Assembly: GCA_964016885.1 (NCBI GenBank) | Contig: OZ024740.1 | Span: forward strand, 382,540,001 to 382,604,000 | From: Eledone cirrhosa | Taxonomy: Eukaryota | DNA: 64,000 nt | Direction of reading: 5' to 3' | Shown: positions 44,450-58,618 of the stretch, in pieces | Position numbering within the stretch: position 1 is the first letter of the stretch | How the letters are laid out: each line of letters opens with the position of its first letter | Notes under the pieces: model-generated | What the model saw: the letters and a program-made list of their open reading frames with translations, nothing else | What the model was told of the DNA's origin: nothing | The model's database searches: none | Program-made: the position numbers and the translations under genes

Positions 44450-47317
44450 TCTACAGCGTGATGGTGCCACGCTAAAATCACCGGTGGTGATGAAATCACC
44501 GGTGGTTATGTAACCATACATTCACCAATCCTCGATATGAGTGTTTAAATGTCGAACCTAAACAGTTTGAATAACGGTGAAAAGGAGACTGGAACGTCAA
44601 GTTCTCCCTGACCCAACAGCAGGGACCTGGCTGTCATCCAAATACTGCTGGTGTTGGAGGAAGAAGAAGGAATGGTACAAGAACCAACTGGACGAAATAA
44701 TTGAATAGAACTGTCATGAAGTGTTACCAGAAGAGTAATCCCATGGAAAAGGGCTATAGGAAACGGATGCATAACATCTGGAACGAGATAGGTCTATTTA
44801 AATTAGATGAGCAAAAATTGCCCGGACATGTTCGGGTAATAAGAACAAATGGATGGATAAGCGAGTTGGAACTGGAGGAACTGAGCAGAGAGATTAAGTT
44901 GGAAATGGAGAGTGGAGTATATCAGGCAAACGAGCCAGTGGGAAATGAAGGTGAAGAGGATGGGAGACCTGAGGAAGCATCCGAAGCAGACAATGATGTG
45001 AATGCTGAAATAAATAACATCTGGAACAAAGATATGGCTATTGAGGAAATGAATGCTGACGGGCTAGGGCAAGATTTGGTTGATATCCTGAACTTAGTGG
45101 TAGATGAAATGAACAATGATTGTGGAAAACCTATGAACATAAGATTTTTAAACAGGAAAAAGTTCAAATAAACAACAGCTAAGGTAAACAAAGTCATCCC
45201 ATACCTTGAGGCGAGGAACCTTCACCAATGCAACAATATCCTCAAAGCAACCGCAAATGCGGCGAGGAAATTACTTGGCATAAAAACGAGAGGAAACAAC
45301 AAACAAGAAAGACCAGAACCTTGGTGGAAGAAACGACTGAATGGTCAAATCAAGGAAATGAGAAAAGATATTGGAAAGCTTGAGTCTTTATTGAATGGGA
45401 CATTACAAAACATAGACACCAAAGAGAGATTGGCAATAAAATACAAAACTAGGGGGAAAAAGCTAAATATTATCATAGAGGGACTGAAGCAACGCATTGT
45501 AGCAAAGAGTGCAAAGATTAGGCGATATGAGAACAGAGTCAGTCAGTATAGTGAGAACCGCATGTTTGACAACAACCAGAAGATTTTTTTTGGATAGCTT
45601 GAAGGGAAAGAAAGAGGCAACGACGTGATCCCTGAGGCGGAACAGACTAAGACATTCTGGAGAGGAATATGGGAGCAGGTTGTTGAACATAATGGTCAGG
45701 CAGTATGGATTGAGACAGTTCAAAAGTAGATTAGTAAACAAGCTCACCAACAACCTCATTTGAGTATCACAGTTGAAACTCCAAAAGGGCAGGCCAAAAA
45801 ACTAACCAACTGAAAATAACCAGGCCCAGATGGTGTGCAAGGGTATTGGATTAAAAACATAACATCCCTCCACCCGAAACTGACAACCATGTTCAATGAC
45901 TGCTTGATGTCGGGTGAGGTACTAGAATGGTTGACAAAGTGTACCACAGTTCTGGTAATGAAAGATCGAATCAAGGGTAATGATGTTACCAACTATAGGC
46001 CCATCACATGTCTGTCCGTAATGTGGAAACTATTAACAAGCATTGTCTGAGGAAATCTACCGTCACCTCCACATAAACAACTTGCTGCCGAGCGAACAGA
46101 AAGGATGCCGAAAGAAGTCCTGTGGTACAAAAGACCAGTTACTTATTGATAAGATGGTAATGAGGAATTGCAAGAGGAGACACACTGGTCTTGCCATGGC
46201 ATGGATAGATTACAAAAAGGCATTCGACATGGTACCTCATTCTTGGATAACCAAATGCCTAGATATCTTCAAGGTGGCAGATAACACCAGACAGTTGTTG
46301 AACAAAAGTATGAAGTCCTGGGAAACAGAGTTAACATCTGGGGAAGAATCCTTGCGAGGCGTGAAGATTAAGAGAGGTATCTTCCTGGGAGATAGTTTGT
46401 CCTTGGCCTGATACACCCTGACCGTTATATTGCGAAAAGTGAGAGCAGGATACAAGTTGGGAAAAGGAGAGCTTGCCATCACCCACCTACTCTTAAACTC
46501 TTTGGGAAGAGTGAGAAGGAGCTGGATGTACTTGTTGACACTCCGTATTTTCAGCAATGATATATGTAAGGAATTTGGTATTAATAAGTATGGAGACCTA
46601 GTGATGAAGAGGGGTAAATTGAGCAGACGCAACGGAATCCAGGTACCAACAGGAGGGATACAAATATTTAGGTGTTCTGGAGGAAGGTGACATCAAGAAC
46701 AAAAAAATGAACGAATTGATAAGATCTGAGTACATAAGGAGAGTAAGGAGTGTATTAAAATCACATCTAAATAGTAGGAATGTCATAAGTGCAGTGAATT
46801 TGCGAGCTGTGTTTATTATTAGGTACAGTGCGGGAATTCTGAAATGGAATGTTGCTGAACAAAAAGAAATGGATAGAAAGACTAGGAAGCTATTGACTAT
46901 CTACAACATGTTCCACAAGAGGAGTGTTGTCGATAGACTCTACTTAAGGTGATCTTAAAGTGGAAGAGGTCTTATCAGCATAGAGGACTGTGTTCAGATG
47001 GAGAAAAACAACCTTCACAAATACGTGACTGACAGCAAGGAGCCAATGCTCAAAATTGTACTGAAGGAGAGGACAATAGACCAGGGGATGTCCAAGGAAG
47101 AAATAACAACAGCAGGAGGAGCAACCTTCATGAAAAATCCCTTTATTTTACCTTCTTTAGGAAAACTGAATCTAGAGATCCACAGACATGGAACTGGTTA
47201 AAAAGAGGAGACCTTAAAAAAGCTACAGAAGGAATGCTAATGGCTACGCAAGAACGAAGTGGGTGAAACATATTTACAAGGAGGATGCTAGCTCACTGTG
47301 TAGGATCTGTGGAGAGA
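44450..47317 (+). mobile_element. R4/Dong-clade non-LTR retrotransposon, decayed, lacking the REL endonuclease end
   Basis: GYRKRMHNIW..EQKL N-terminal domain; [62 protein letters not shown]. Confidence 0.92.
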
Positions 47318-47446
47318 ATAATAATAATAATAGTGATAATAATGATACGTTGTAGTAGTAGTATCACTAGTAGCAGCAGCAGCAGCAGCAGTAGCAGCAG
47401 CAGCAGCAGGAGTAGTAGTAGTAGTAGTAGTATCACTAGTAGCAGC

Positions 47447-47535
<89 letters not shown>

Positions 47536-47547
47536 CAGCAGTAGCAA
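47318..47547. repeat. Compound (AAT)/(TAG)/(CAG) microsatellite
   Basis: Direct reading. Confidence 0.95.
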
Positions 47548-48265
47548 TTTTCGAGATTATTGTAGACAAATTAGTCTCAACAGTTGGACTTTAAATATAA
47601 GTGTATATAACTAATCAAAATTTGTAATCGTTTGTCTTTTTAAACAATTATCCACACTTGAAATTTCCAAAGAATTATAAATGACAATGAATAATCTATA
47701 TTGGAACGTGTTCTTTATTATTGATGATTCAATGTTTTAGTGTATTTCTCATTCTCTCCATGTGTGTGTTTTTGTTTCAAATCTTTCTCTCTGTGTAAGG
47801 ATTGTGTGTATAATCACGCATGTTTTATTGTTGATATAATGTCGTATGCAATTAATTAAATATATTCATAAATTGTATTATCAATTGCAATCACAGATAC
47901 ATGGACATATTTCAACTATAGCTGCACACTCAGTGAAAATCTTATTCAAAATGTCAAAGCACAAATTATTTTAAATTAGGATTATTTAAATAGAATGTGA
48001 TATGTGTACGTTTTAAGTAGTTCTGGAATAGTGAGAGGATGTGAGAAGAGATATATAAATTTAAAACTTGTTTGAAACCTTCTTTACAAATATTACCATG
48101 TCAACACGTTTATCAGTTAGTAGAACATAGTCCTAAAGAGAAGAGAACAGAAAGAAAGGAGAAAATATTATTTTTTAAATTGAAACTATTAAACATTAAA
48201 CATTTTTCTTCGAAGCTAAGGAAATTAAGCTGGACATAATTATATTCAAGACAATGGTGATGTAT

Positions 48266-48347
<82 letters not shown>

Positions 48348-48377
48348 TACAAACACACACACACACATAAATATATA

Positions 48378-48478
<101 letters not shown>

Positions 48479-49998
48479 GTATAGGGGAAATTATTCACCA
48501 TATTGAATCTGTGTGAGAGTGTGTGGTATGGTTTTCGCAAGTATTAAGTATACAGTATCGGTAGAGCATTGGGTAAATGCTTTATGACATAGAGTTACAC
48601 CGCTGAGTTTACGGTCTGAGTTCAAATCCTGCAAATTTTAGCTTAGCCTTTCATCCTTACGTGTCGATAAAATAGGTATCACTAACTTTCTGGGGTCGAT
48701 TTAATCGATTTCTCTCCTTCAAAATTGTTGGCCTAGTGATTAAATCAGAAACCAATCCTTCCGATATTAGCTTTACCTTTTTATCTTTACGTGGTCGATC
48801 CAATAAAAAACCAGTAATGCACTGGCATTGGTTTACCCGACTTTCCCATTCCCGCCTTGTTCCCAAATCAGAAACTATTATCCAAGCCAGATTGTCTAAG
48901 TTGCGGTCCTGCGCATTTGTGCGTCTGAAGAACTTCCAATAAGCAGAACAGTAAAATCTTCCTAGTTTAGATTCTTATATAAAATAATATTTAATTTCAC
49001 TTATTGTTTACCCACACGTAGATCTCATATGGGTATCACAGTATTTTTGAATTATTTACTTACACCCACAAACGTGTTGTTTGTGCGCACATGTGCGTGC
49101 TTGTGGTTGTGTAATTGCGTATAGATATGCATTCAGGTTTCCAAGATGAACAAAATAAGAAACGTAATCGTTACGGATATCTCTGCTCCTAACTAATGTG
49201 TCCAGCATTTTATTTATCAATTCTTATATTTTCAGTTGATTTGTTCTCGTGTTTCTTCCACCCACAATGTTCCTGTAACTAATGCAAAAACACACGCAGA
49301 AACTATTAATTTAAGTGTTAGTTTCTAGATATTTTCTTTCAACGCTCCTCTTCCTGTCTCTGCAGTTGCATATCAACCAGCTGTTTCTTCGTTTTCATCA
49401 TATTGCAGACATACAGGTTGTTAGATAGAAAACGGTAAACACGCGTTAATGAAATAATCTTTAAATTGATATATGTATTTAGTCGATTATCACGTTCAGT
49501 ATGATATGAACACAAACTAGATCCTCTTCTATATATATATATATTTCACTAAGATAATCTTTGTGAAATATATATATCAACAATAAAAATGATCTCTCAT
49601 TTCCTCTACCTAATTATCAGTTTATACTTGATGTTCTTACTCTTATCGATATTGTTCGCATTATAATGTTATTACTAGATGCTGCAGATCGTTTTGAAAT
49701 GGAAAAGATTCCGTATTATATTTTTTTCCCAGGGGAATAAAATTGTGTTCAATTTTCTCCTGAAGGCATACATTATTATTATTATTATTGGCGACCTACG
49801 TAGTAAATCGTATCATCGTGAGCTCCGCAAAGGTTTGTTATTTCCGTTTGTTAAAAATTGCCATTTATGGAAATTTTTTATAGTTAACTATATATAAGCG
49901 CACATACATTGTTTTCCGAAAAGGACACCCAAAGAATTGGGGCCTTGTGCCCAAAATTTAAACTTTTATTATTATCAAAAAATTTCTTTGAAAAAAAA

Positions 49999-50863
49999 AT
50001 GGCTAACTCACCTCTGCACCAAGCAGCTGAAAGCCTTTCTCACAAATTAACACCTCACACCGACACCACCATTGTAAATGATACTACGTTTGCCAACACA
50101 AACAATTTAAGCACTAGCAATATTTTAAATTTGTCTCAGGCAGACATTCATTTCCCGCCATTACCAATGACTGCAGGTGTTAAAGCCGCCACCACGCCAC
50201 AACCAAAACTAACGGCTGTGGAGGATTTTCCACTCCCCGGCCTATCACAATTGGAGACAGATTGTGACGACGAGGAGTGGGAAACGATATCCGGAAAAAA
50301 AAAAGAAACCAAAAAAGAAAAAAATTCTCTTCCTTCCCCCTCCAAAAACAAAATACAGAGGGAAACAAATAAATTAAGAAACAGAAAAGTTAGGACAGAT
50401 ATGCCACCATCCACACCAGCATCACCAACCCCATCAACCCAAACACCAACAACATCACCATCATTAACCCCAACACCACCATCACCTACACCACAAAAGT
50501 CACCAAAATGCGAAACAGAAACAAACCCACAACAAACGCAAACAAAACAAAACAAAACAAAACGATACACACTACACAGCATTAAATTTGAACAACAAGC
50601 AATTATTACACTACATCCAGCACAACACCAGCATCACAGAAAAAGACTACACAACAACCCCAAAATTCACACCACCTCCACACATACAAATCACTCGCAT
50701 CACACAGAAAACGTACATGACACTAAAACAAAAATTCCCCAAGGACATAGGAGACTTCCGACAAGCACTCTCCAGGAGGATTTATAAGGACATCCTTCCT
50801 GAGGAGGCCACAAGCAGTGAAAAGGATAGAAAAACCGTCCTTCCCCTACAAGAAGTAAGGTAA
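49999..50863 (+). pseudogene. Tx1 copy A ORF1 (short, one frameshift near 50580)
   Basis: MANSPL.., EEWETISGKKK, P/T-rich linker, KFPKDIGDFR C-terminal block shared with copy B. Confidence 0.7.
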
Positions 50864-50896
50864 GCGGTTTTCCCATCTTTTCCACTCCTTTTCAAC

Positions 50897-53800
50897 ATGA
50901 CCTCACTCAGAATAGGCAGCATAAATGCGCGTGGCTTGGGGTCGTCATCGAAGCAGGGCCACCTGCTCAACGACCTCAGGTCACTAAACATAGATGTAGT
51001 GGCCATCAGCGAGACCAGAATCTCCGAAGCACAGGCTTTCGCACCGATATTCGGCGGCTACGATGTGTACGCATCCCCCAGCCGTCCGGGATCGGGGGGA
51101 GGAGTTGCTGTGCTTTTTCGGAGAGGTTTGGATCTTGCCATACGGGCCATCTTCCTGGACCCAGAAGGTAAGTTGGTGGTGCTGGACGTGACCAGCGGAG
51201 ACGGGCAAGCTTTCAGGTTAGTGGCCGTCTATGCCCCGACAGGAGCAGGGCGGCCTGATTTCTTCCGGTGTCTGGAGACCTTTCTTGGAACGTCCCGCTC
51301 TTTAGTGTTAGTGGGCGACTGGAACGGGATCTTAGATGCACGCTGGGATTGTGTGGGATTAGTGGATAGGGAAGGAGGGTGCAAGAGTCTCACCAACCTG
51401 CTCAGACGTTTTGAACTGTCTGACAGGTACCGAATGGATTTCCCGAATGTACCAATGTGGACTTGGATAAATCGCATAGGGTCATCCAGATCATATCTAG
51501 ATAGAGTATTTTGTAGGGAAATAGATAGGTCTAGCATAGGCTGTCCACAATTCAAGATAGTCAGCTACACGGAGCACAAATTCGTGATCTGTGTGCTTGA
51601 CTTAGATAGGCTTCATAGACGAGGACCCGGCTACTGGAAGCTAAACGCGTCCTTACCAGCGCGCAAGGCCTACAGAGACCGGATCAGCGAACTAGTTAAG
51701 CGGGCGTTGACGGGGGCCATCGTCAACAACAAGTGGTGGTTTGCTCTGAAAAGAGCAATTAGAATAGAGTCCATTAGGTTTAGTAAGACTTTAGCAATAG
51801 AGAAAAATAGAGCAGAGGGAGAAATAGTTAGAAAATTAGATGAGGCGCTTAGCAAAGGCATCGCGACCGACGTACTTGCGGCGAAATTGGCCCTTGACCA
51901 ATTCTTCAATGCAAAGCACGAAGGCTGCGTTGTCAGAGCTGGGGTGCGTGCTCTCAGACACGAGGGGACGAAAGCCGTTCAATGGGCCCGAGTGGCGGAG
52001 GCGCGTCGTGGCAACAAAGCCACGATCCGGTCTTTGGTGGACCACGACGGGCGCATGCTATTCGATCCCGTCAAATGTGTGAAGCTTTTCAGCGACAATT
52101 CGCTCAACTGTTCGAGGGCAGGGGCGGGCTGGATCGAGGGATGGACTTTAGTGTCTACCTCGACGGACTGCCGCGGCTTTCGGCCACTGAGGCGTAGTGT
52201 TGCGAAAAGCCGATAACAACCGCTGAAGTACGGGATGCAATGACTAGTTGCACAAGGGGTAAATCGCCTGGTTTGGATGGTCTGCCCTATGAACTTTACG
52301 TACAAATGCCAAACTTGTTCGGAGGCCTCTTGGCGGACGTCTACTGCAACTGGCAACAGAACGGGAGAATTCCCAGCTCTGTAAGCCGAGGAGCGTTGAC
52401 GCTGCTGAGAAAGGATCCGAACAAGGGGGATAACATAGATAATTTTAGGCCCATAACTCTGCTAAACACAGAGTTCAAGATGTTGGCCAAGGTGCTAGCA
52501 AAGAGGTTGGCGCTTGTCGTTGGTGGTCTGGTGGGAGAGGCACAGACATGCGCCATTCCCGACAGATCCATCCACGACAACCTCCACCTCATGCGATACA
52601 TCGTAGAGAGGGTAGCTAGGGAACCTGGCACGGGTGGGTCTTTGATCAATTTAGATCAGTCGAAAGCCTTCGATAGGGTCGACCATCGTTACCTAGCGGC
52701 AGTCCTGAGGGCGGCTGGCTTTGGGCCCGTCTTCAGAGGCTGGATCGCTGCCATGCACAGCGACATCTGCTCTGTGGTGAGAGTGAACGGTCACCTTTCG
52801 GAACCGTTCAACATGCGCTCGGTCCGCCAAGGATGTCCCCTCTCGTCCCTATTGTACGTATTGACTCTTGAGCCATTACTGAACAAACTGGAGACGTTGA
52901 GGGGGGTCCCGCGCGAACTAGGATGCGGAAGATCCGTGTCAGCATATGCCGACGATGTCACCGTATTGGTGTCGAACGCCAAACACATCGAGGCGATCGG
53001 CACTACACTAAGAGAATACGAAGCGGTGACAGGAGCAATGATCAATCAGGAAAAGTCAGTGGCCCTGCAGCTGGGCACCTGGAGAGGCAGGTCCATGCCG
53101 TCCAACAGCGTCGTCGGGCGCTGGACGGACGGACCGGTTAAATTGCTAGGGGTCTGGTTCGGTCCAGACCTCCAGACGGACAAAAGCTGGGACGAGGTGA
53201 CGAGCAGGGTGGCTTCTATCACCCAGAAATGGGCGGAGAGGAAGCTATCCCTGAAAGGTCGAGCGGAGGTGGCGAATGCGTACATTGCATCCGTCATCTA
53301 CTACCGCCTGACCGTCGTACCTTGTCCTAAGCCCCGCCTGACTGCGCTGGAGCGTTTGCTCTTTCGCTTCTTGTGGAAGGGACGCGCTCCGATAGTCAGG
53401 CGGTCCATCTGCTGTCAACACCCGCTACGTGGAGGGCTGGGCATGCCGTGGCTGATGATGCGCAGACACGCGCTCAGGCTGCGACATCTCTGCCTCTTCC
53501 TCGACGGTGATCAGGTGTGGTCGCCGTTTGCTAGACACGTTTTTGCCCGCTCGTCTCCTTGACGGAGCTGCAGTCCTGGGTCAAGCGAAGACCGAGAGGG
53601 ACCGCTTGGAGACTGGAATGTCTTCAGGCGCTCACAGCCCTCGACCAATCGGGCAATGTGATCGGTGGAAACTCCACCTTGGCGTTCTATAGGGGATTAG
53701 TGGAGGGGAAGAGCGACGACGTACTTGGAGAAACTCTAGGCGTCGACGAAAATCAACTAGCCAATCTCTTCGGAAGGACTTTCGGGCCGGGGCCTATGGA

Positions 53801-54311
53801 CAACTTCCAGAAATCCCTGGCCTGGCAGTGCTACCGAGGAGCTTTGCCAGTTCGGGATAAACTCTACAGGCATGGAGGTGCCGTCAGCCGGGCATGTCCG
53901 AGATGCGCGCAGGGCGACGAAACCGTCCTGCACGCACTCGTCCAGTGTCCGAGCATTGCTGACTTGTGGGTTTATGTCAAACACCTACTGTCACGTGTAG
54001 GACGGATCCAGCTATCAGCTGAGTCCATCGTGATGATTGCCCCGCCCTCTTCCTTTAGCCGGGAAGGGTAGGCAGTTTTTATCTGTCTGGTGGCCATGGC
54101 GAAAGAGATAGTATGGTGGATACTTTTGAAAGGGCTGAAGACGAGCACTTACCTCTTCGGTGATGCCCTGATTAACTTTTTCAAATTTCATCTGAAAAGG
54201 AAAATCAGAGTAGAGAGGGAAGTGCTCTCTTCCCAGCATTTTGTTGAAAGATGGGTGAGAGAAGCAAGTATGGCCCGAATGAATGGGCCTTCTCTGAGTA
54301 TGTGTCTGTAA
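50897..54311 (+). pseudogene. Tx1 copy A ORF2, frameshifted
   Basis: SINARGL, ISETR, VYAP, GDWN, SYLDR, GPGYWKLN, KSPGLDGLP, FRPITLLN, DQSKAFDRVDH, RQGCPLS, AYADD, CPRC..ETVLHALVQC. Confidence 0.95.
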
Positions 54312-54554
54312 ATTAAAGGTGGAAAACTGGGAGAGGGCACTTGCCCTGGTGGTCAGGGCCACTGTGGTCTTTTAATGGGCTTTCTCCACAAATGTCCCTC
54401 GGAAGTCTCCCCCCTATTGGGGAATTTTTCTTTGTTATTTTATTTCATCCTCTGTTTTTTTTACACGCAGAAATGCCCATTTGTACCGTCCTGTATTGTC
54501 CTGTACTGTCCTTAATGTCTACTTTATGTAAACCCTTGTGGTTAATAAAGAAAA

Positions 54555-54603
<49 letters not shown>

Positions 54604-56225
54604 GTTCTTTGAGTCTCAGTCATTGATGTTAGTTAACTGGAAAGTTTGTTGAAATGAATATCAAGCCACTACCTGCAGCCTCATATATTCAGGACGTATC
54701 GGAGGGTTCTTGCTGTTCCCAGCATGTATGCCTTTTGAAGTGTTCCAAAAATCGGGCGGGGGGGGGGGGGGGGCGCAATTTCTTTAACCATCCCTGGAAA
54801 CTTTTTGAGATAGTACCTAGTGCGCCTATGACATCGGGACCACTTTGACCTCATGGCAGTTCCAAATCCTATTTACCTCCCACTTTAAGTCCTCGTATCG
54901 GTTAATTTTCTCCCTCTCCTTCTCTTGTACTCTCGTGTCGAATGGGCAGACTACATCCAAAATCAGGCACGATTATTTTCCCTTGTCCAAAACCACCAGG
55001 TCAGGTCTATTGTTTTCCAGTCTGTATCCTAAAATCCGTCCGTCTGTATCCTAAAATCTGTCTGTATCCTAAAATTCTACAGCACCTTCACCTGATCGTT
55101 TTCCATCACCGACTCTGGCTTATGCTCATACCACTTCTCAGAATGTGGTAAATTGTTTACTTTGCATAGGTGCCAGTGGATCACCCTGCCCATCACATCA
55201 TGTCTCCGGCCTTTATAGTGAGTCTGGGCTAGGTGTTTACACTCGGATACAACGTGAGCCACAGTCTCCCGTCTTTCTCCACAGATCCTGCACAGTGGGC
55301 TAGCCTCCTCCTTGTAAATATGGTGTTTCAGCCACTTCGTTTTGAGGGCCTTCTCTTACGCAACCATTAGCATTCCTTCTGTAGCCATTTCAAGGTCTCC
55401 TCTTTTCAACCAGTTCAATGTCTGTGGATATCTGAATTCAGTTTTCTCAAAGAAGGTACTATGAAGGGATTTTTCATGAAGGCTGCTCTTTCTCACGGTT
55501 GTTATTTTCTCCTTGGACATCCCCTGGTCTATTGTCCTCTCCTTCAGTACAATTCTGAGCATTGTCTTGGCTCCTTACTATCAGTCACGTATTTGTGTAG
55601 GCTGCTTTTCTCCATCTGAACACAGTCCTCTATGCTGATAAGACCTCTTCCACTTTAAGATCATCTTAAGTAGAGTCTATCGACATCACTCCTCTTGTGG
55701 AACATGTTGTAGATAGTCAATAGCTTCCTAGTCTTCCTATCCATTTCCTTTTGTTCAGCAAAATTCCATCTCAGAATTCCCGCACTGTACCTAATAATAG
55801 ACACAGCTCGGGAATTCACTGCACTTATGGCATTCCTACTATTTAGATGTGATTTTAATACGCTCCTTACTCTCCTTATGTACTCAGATCTTATCAATTC
55901 CTTCATTTTTTATTCTTGATGTCATCTGCCTCCAGAACACCTAAATATTTGTATCCTTCTTCAGTGTCAATTTCCTTTATCATCTCACCTGTTGGTACCT
56001 GGATTCCGTTGCTTCTGCTCAATTTACCCCTCTTCATCACTAGGACTCCACACTTACTAATACCATTTGCATTCATATATCATTGCTGAAAATACGGACA
56101 GTGTCAACAAGCACATGCAACTCCTTCTCACTCTTCCCGAAGAGCTTAAGATCGTCCATGAAGAGGAGGTGATTGATGGTAAGCTCTCCTTTTCGCAACT
56201 TGTATCCTGCTCTCACTTTTCGTAG
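54604..56225 (-). mobile_element. 5'-truncated R4/Dong copy with CCHC/REL end and (AAT)n tail
   Basis: NHLLFMDDLKL, RSEYIRRVRSVLKSHLN, CRICG..HVVSEC, RHD; same family as 44450. Confidence 0.92.
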
Positions 56226-56463
56226 TATTATTATTACTATTATTATTATGAATGCCATGGTTGACAGAGGCTCGGCTCTGTAAGGTATAGTAATTTTTAA
56301 CCGCTATAACAATTGTAAATTGTTTAAAACTTTAACCAAATTGTAGATAAAAACACCCTCCTCCTCGTTAGAGGGGTCTTGCTGCCTGTTATTTGGCGCT
56401 TCGGGTTTAAATAACCGCTTATTGGGGTTTTGTGCCCAATATTCATTTTAAACCAAAAAAAAC

Positions 56464-56833
56464 ATGGCTACAAAAATAATTTTCTCAAGTCACTCCCACT
56501 CATTCCATCTTCTTCCTCAATCGTCACTACATCAGAGAGAAGATTGTCTCTCTCGCTCCCTTCTCTAAATGTGGTGTCGCTTCTTTCGCAAGCAACGCCA
56601 TTAAAGAAAAAGAAAAATATAGTTTCTGATAGCTTTCACCAAGAACACGTGCATACCGTGGGACATTTCTCCACGACGACGACAACGACGAAAAATATGT
56701 GCGGTAAATACAGAAAGCCATTTCATCCGTCTGACCTCATGGAAATAGCAGTAGCAGCCGTAATAACGGCAGAAGCAGCAACAATAACAAGAACAACACT
56801 AGTAGCAGCCGCAACAACATCAGCAGCAGCATA

Positions 56834-56864
<31 letters not shown>

Positions 56865-58585
56865 ACCACAGCAGCAGCAACAACAACAACAACCACCACA
56901 GCGGCGGCGGCGCTCGTAGTACAGCAGCAACAACAAAAGTAACAGGAGCTCTGACGACAACAACAACAAAAAAGAAAAACCAATCTCGTTTGCAGGTATC
57001 GCAAAGAACCTGGAAACCATCCTTATAACAAATGAAGAATTACAGGAAGCAAAGAAGATGGTGACAAAAACCGGACACCGAGCAATCTGCAAGGTAGCCG
57101 AAACATTTTTCGAAATCCAACAGCACGGTACGGTCACGTACTGTACAGTAAGGACAAAAAACACGTAGGGTTGAAAGAGCCACATAGGCTTAGGGTCTGT
57201 GTGGCAGCGGAAAACGTATATCACCCGAGGCAAGAAATATTCCACCGTGGATGTGCTTTTTGCCACACCCCAGGAGGCAAAGGCTCAATCCTTAATGACC
57301 CTAAGGAGTGAGGAAATGGTGTTGGTGCCCTCTTACTGCGGGCAAAAAATTGTGAGGGTCAAACTGATCCACGTCCTCTCCCCAGGATGGCCCCTCAAGG
57401 CTGGCCGCGACTGTCCTCGCCGGAATCGAGGACAAAACAACTGTACTGCAAGTTCAGAAAAAAGTACGAGACGATTGGGTCGGCACTTCCATTGAGATGT
57501 TAATCCAAACCAACCAGGTGTGTATCGTAGCTAACACGGATGTGATAGACTTCGATAACTGCACTCAACTGCCCATAAGTGTTGAGGGCAAACGCCAGAA
57601 ATGCTTTCGCTGTGGATCGAAGACTCACCTCAGGGCCTTCTGCACTGAGAAAACCATGAGAAAGGAGAAACCCGCCCTCCTTCCGAAACCGGCCCCACTG
57701 CTACCAACAACAGGACGGGCGGCAAGCAGGAAGTATAGGTCCGTGGCACCCATACCCACGCCACGGAAATCAAGAACAACAGGAGCAGTGGAAGTATTAA
57801 CAACAACAACAGTAATACCAACTGCAGCTGCAATAGAGACTCCACTGCACACATCACCAACAAAAACAAGTGAAAGAGTGGAGCTGGTACCCCTCCCCGA
57901 CCTCACAGAATCGGACATGGAGTGTGAGGTGGGAGAGGGATGGCAAAAGGTCGAAAGAAGGCACAAACGCAGAAGCAGCACATCGGCGCCTTCGAAAAGG
58001 GAGGAAAGAAATGAAAAAAGGGTAACGGCTACAGCAAAGAGACTTACAGCAGCAACACCACCAACACCATCACCACCCACACTAGCACCACCATCACCAC
58101 CGGCGGCAACCCCAGCGCAAACAACAACAGCAGCTTCAACACCACCACCACAAGCACCAACATCGCAAACACAACAAAAAAGCACACACACCCAGCAACA
58201 ACGACAAGAAAATAGCAGATCCACATCCCAACCCCAGAAAAACAAATGCACAGCAATAAATACACCACAAGAAATTAATGACTTACAATATTGAACACAC
58301 AGACATTTCACAGCACGACTACATAATACCAGCACCAATCAAAACACCAACGAACATAAGGCTGGTAAGAATAGCACAGAAACAATACACAAACATTAAA
58401 ACGAAATTCCCCAACGCAGTTGGTGATTTCAGAGACCTAGGAAGGACAATCAACCGAAGAGTATATTCGGATACACTCACAGAAGAGCCGACGACCAGCC
58501 GAAGGGACGATTCAACGGTCCCTTCACCAGACGATCAAGTGAAAAGGGCGGAGAAATCATCCTTCCTCTACGAGAAGTAAGGTAA
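56464..58585 (+). pseudogene. Tx1 copy B ORF1 (CCHC zinc knuckle)
   Basis: ISVEGKRQKCFRCGSKTHLRAFC; GWQKVERRHKRR; stops and frameshifts. Confidence 0.8.
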
Positions 58586-58618
58586 GTGGTTTTCCCTTCT
58601 TTTTCACTCCATTTCAAC

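Larger units (their letters stand above)
49789..54556 (+). mobile_element. Tx1/L1-clade LINE copy A, near full length
   Basis: ORF1, ORF2 (APE-RT-CCHC), AATAAA at 54544; (ATT)n on both flanks. Confidence 0.93.

Noticed and set aside
49330-49440. Possible + strand exon (..CTCTGCAG|..ACG|GTAAAC)
   Set aside because: Weak donor, no coding signal; cannot be supported without RNA data
56350-56420. TCCTCGT in the Tx1 5'UTR suggesting an HDV-like ribozyme
   Set aside because: Could not build P1/P2/P3 pairings
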